64,000 nucleotides of DNA, from positions 930,001 to 994,000 of the forward strand of contig JBNJNM010000006.1 in the NCBI GenBank assembly GCA_052426225.1, written 5' to 3'. This DNA is from Zancudomyces culisetae HAW-14-8 (Eukaryota; Fungi; Kickxellomycota). Position 1 is the first letter of the stretch, and each line of letters opens with the position of its first letter. Below the pieces are notes generated by a model. The model did no database searches. It was not told where the DNA came from and worked only from the letters and a program-made list of their open reading frames with translations. The position numbers and the translations under genes were made by a program. This document shows, piece after piece, positions 62,401-64,000 of this stretch.

Positions 62401-64000
62401 TTCCCGTCCTTTTTATTAACTACTACCATAGGGAAACAGTATGGACTGTTCGATTTTATGATAACACCCTGTGTCTCCATTTCTGCTATTTGGTTCATGA
62501 CTTCCTCCTGTAATCTTTTCGCTAGTCGGTATGGTTTGCAATGAATCGGTTTTGGGTCGAGTAATTCAATTATTACCGGTTCAACCTTGGCTCTACGAAA
62601 TTCTTCTAGATCATGAGCAAACTCATCCTCATTATCCCTTATCACCGCCTTAAGTTGCTGCTTTTGATGCTCTTCTAACTGTTGGTTAATGATCATGCCT
62701 TGGTTATCTATCAGGTTTACTGCCAAAATGGTTTTTGTCGGTTCTGTATTGCCATCCTGTCTTAAGATTAAAGGTACTTCATGTACTCTCCCTTTTATGT
62801 TGCAGTACATTATATTTTTCTCCATATTTATATGTGCTTTTAAACATGCAAATAGGTCTACTCCCAATAGTAGAAGATCCGGTTTTCCCTGCTTGATTGA
62901 GTATATTGGTATGCAAACACTAAATGTATCGAATGTTATTTGTACTGATGGATAGTACCGTGGTTTGGAATGGTGTCCTTCCACTCCAACAATATTCACA
63001 GTTGTTTCTTGCCCTTTGCCTAAATTCAGTCTTCTAGCCATTTCGCTGCTCATCAGATTGGTGGCTGCTCCACTGTCATATTGAAATCTTGTACTTATGT
63101 TATTTACTTTGACACTACCCATTATGGCGGTTATCTTATTACTCATCTCTCTTTGCGAAACTACTGGATGCTTAATGCCTTGTTCCTTTATCTCCACTAA
63201 GTTTACTTCGTGACGAGGATTATCTGGGGTTCTTTTAATTGGGCTGGCGGTTTTCATTTCGACATCCTCAATTGATGTCGTACAGTCACTTGCGTAATGG
63301 CCATATTGTCGGCACTTGTAGCATCGGATGTTGTTTCTCTCCATTTTATTATACCTATTATTCTTTGTTGGAGTCTCGTATTTGCTTCTGTTCTCTGTAC
63401 GCGGCTTCTCACTTGGTTTATATGGACTATTGTTATTTGAATTATTAAACTTAATTGTGTTGTTAATGTTTTTGTTGTTATATGTTTTTTGATTTTTAAT
63501 ATTATTATATATTTTTTGTTTATTGCCATGCTGTATACGAATGCCCTGAGATTTTTTTGTTTCGATAATATCTTCTTCTCTTTGTATCATATATGTTAGC
63601 ATTGATTTCATAGTAATTCCATCCTTATTATTTCGCATATGTTGTTTATCTGCTGGATTCAGTTTTTTAAAAACTTTCTCCGTCATCTTCTCAGTATCCT
63701 CGATTTTCATGTTTTTGAACAACCTTTTTAGATCCGCAAAGGTTGTTATAGGATTGTTATTATAAAGATTATATTTTTCGAACTGTTTCCGAGCTTCCGA
63801 AGTGTCCCTATATTTATTACAAGTTGATATAAATAGATCGCAGTATTCTTCCCAGTCATCCTGTATTACCATTAGGTCGACTAATGTTTTCTTTATACTT
63901 CCTTCTAAAAAGTTTTCCAAATATATGAACGTTTCCTCCAAAGTCATAACGTGTTCCAACGCGTTTACATGCTTGCAGAAATAATTTAAAAACTCTTCAG
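59097..64000 (-). mobile_element. Ty3/gypsy element 7 (distinct lineage), 5' end outside the window; 845-bp 3' LTR at 59097-59941
   Basis: Polypurine tract AGTGGGGAAA abutting TGTCGCATG; intact ORF. Confidence 0.95.
59928..63959 (-). CDS. Gag-Pol polyprotein (probably N-terminally incomplete)
   Basis: CYKCRQYGHYASDC, YDSGA, YIDD, TDAS, GLDVAGP/TDRG/GQVER, VGPF; Asn-rich gag linker. Confidence 0.96.
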   Translation of the reverse strand: MEHVMTLEETFIYLENFLEGSIKKTLVDLMVIQDDWEEYCDLFISTCNKYRDTSEARKQFEKYNLYNNNPITTFADLKRLFKNMKIEDTEKMTEKVFKKLNPADKQHMRNNKDGITMKSMLTYMIQREEDIIETKKSQGIRIQHGNKQKIYNNIKNQKTYNNKNINNTIKFNNSNNNSPYKPSEKPRTENRSKYETPTKNNRYNKMERNNIRCYKCRQYGHYASDCTTSIEDVEMKTASPIKRTPDNPRHEVNLVEIKEQGIKHPVVSQREMSNKITAIMGSVKVNNISTRFQYDSGAATNLMSSEMARRLNLGKGQETTVNIVGVEGHHSKPRYYPSVQITFDTFSVCIPIYSIKQGKPDLLLLGVDLFACLKAHINMEKNIMYCNIKGRVHEVPLILRQDGNTEPTKTILAVNLIDNQGMIINQQLEEHQKQQLKAVIRDNEDEFAHDLEEFRRAKVEPVIIELLDPKPIHCKPYRLAKRLQEEVMNQIAEMETQGVIIKSNSPYCFPMVVVNKKDGKKRICVDYRKLNDISRKDAYPIPNIDEILSNLQGAKYFSTLDALSGYWQIPLDRVTQEMTAFTPGPGLGLFQFTVLPFGLTNAPSIFQRVMEDVLKSELHRCVMVYIDDIIIYSKSFNEHIQDVCRIIELLKANNIKLHAEKCRIGYTEVKYLGHTISAQGIKPDTENIQKVKTLVPPKDVDGIRSYLGLVGYYRKFIKNFSAIAKPLTTLTKNNVNYKWGAEQQQAYEYLQNQLINRPILNHPDWNKDFTVITDASTAGLGAILAQGAEGKEGVICYASRTLSPAESNYSITHLEGLAVVWALTHFHYYLYGRKFTVITDHSALVELFKKEPVKGRIGRWVLKLRHYDFDVIHREGKTNPADYLSRFPWEDIPEQIEEVLYISVKVYEELKNKIKYNIAINDTTKGDKLISKLALQGDTIIHNDKVKRKYLHPNELHETIYRIHYEQHRNAVATYRYLSEHYYAPNSYPMVKLICERCEVCQRTNYSQRKAERLHPIIPSEPFKVWGLDVAGPMNPITKPEGNKYIIVAVDYFTKWPVALAVKAINAEVICTFITEMIIANFGVPKILITDRGTHLSNEACARFNEFLGIEQKPVTAYRPSSNGQVERSIQTLKQLLIKQTISRPENWDAYIWRTLLTMRTTIHKSLGRSPAEVVYGLKLLTPEIWSSEIPKDLEKEVALRTRLEFLEKEIPTYRQLSIELAKKQKAYEENRYNKGVRPRVFEIGEQVLKATATRNPFTMHRNVGPFEVIKNLGNGIYEIIDRAGNVDKVHVDRLRKYYPEYEIIPDLYTGSARTTGAISMKQPTEDKMIEDDQELSGEMSHE

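Larger units (their letters stand above)
48112..64000. repeat. Right LTR stack: units start at 48112, 48557, 48783, 49180, 49567, about 49903, 50363, 50748, 51066, 51922, 52352, 52671, 53298, 53626, 53834, 54003, 54417 (TRIM-like), 55429, 55846, 56272, 56730, 57129, 57508, 57992, 58276, 58504, 58761, 59097 (element 7)
   Basis: Abutting TG..CA units with 0-8 bp spacers. Exact 4-bp TSDs: AAAT (51922-52347), CTTT (53298-53621), CATT (55846-56266, 57129-57503, 58276-58498), ATTT (56272-56723). Confidence 0.88.

Overview
AT-rich eukaryotic DNA (probably fungal; an early-diverging lineage is only a guess) made almost entirely of transposable elements around one tRNA-Asn(GTT) gene at 41938-42011. 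It holds seven Ty3/gypsy elements with a gag-PR-RT-RH-IN layout (one complete and intact; one with an intact ORF running off the right edge; five damaged). It also holds a degraded Tf/chromovirus-like element, three Tc1/mariner copies and a TRIM-like element. The main result is that most of the apparently intergenic DNA is three stacks of about 50 LTR units (TG...CA, mostly solo, roughly 20 families) packed end to end with 0-9 bp spacers. The spacers are nested 4-bp target-site duplications (TSDs) that can be peeled off one by one. This shows repeated insertion into the same few bases with a fixed growth direction, giving a chronological insertion record. The youngest unit of the central stack ends 6 bp upstream of the tRNA gene, and that tRNA is also the primer for two of the elements. 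No host protein-coding gene is supported. All alignments were done by eye.
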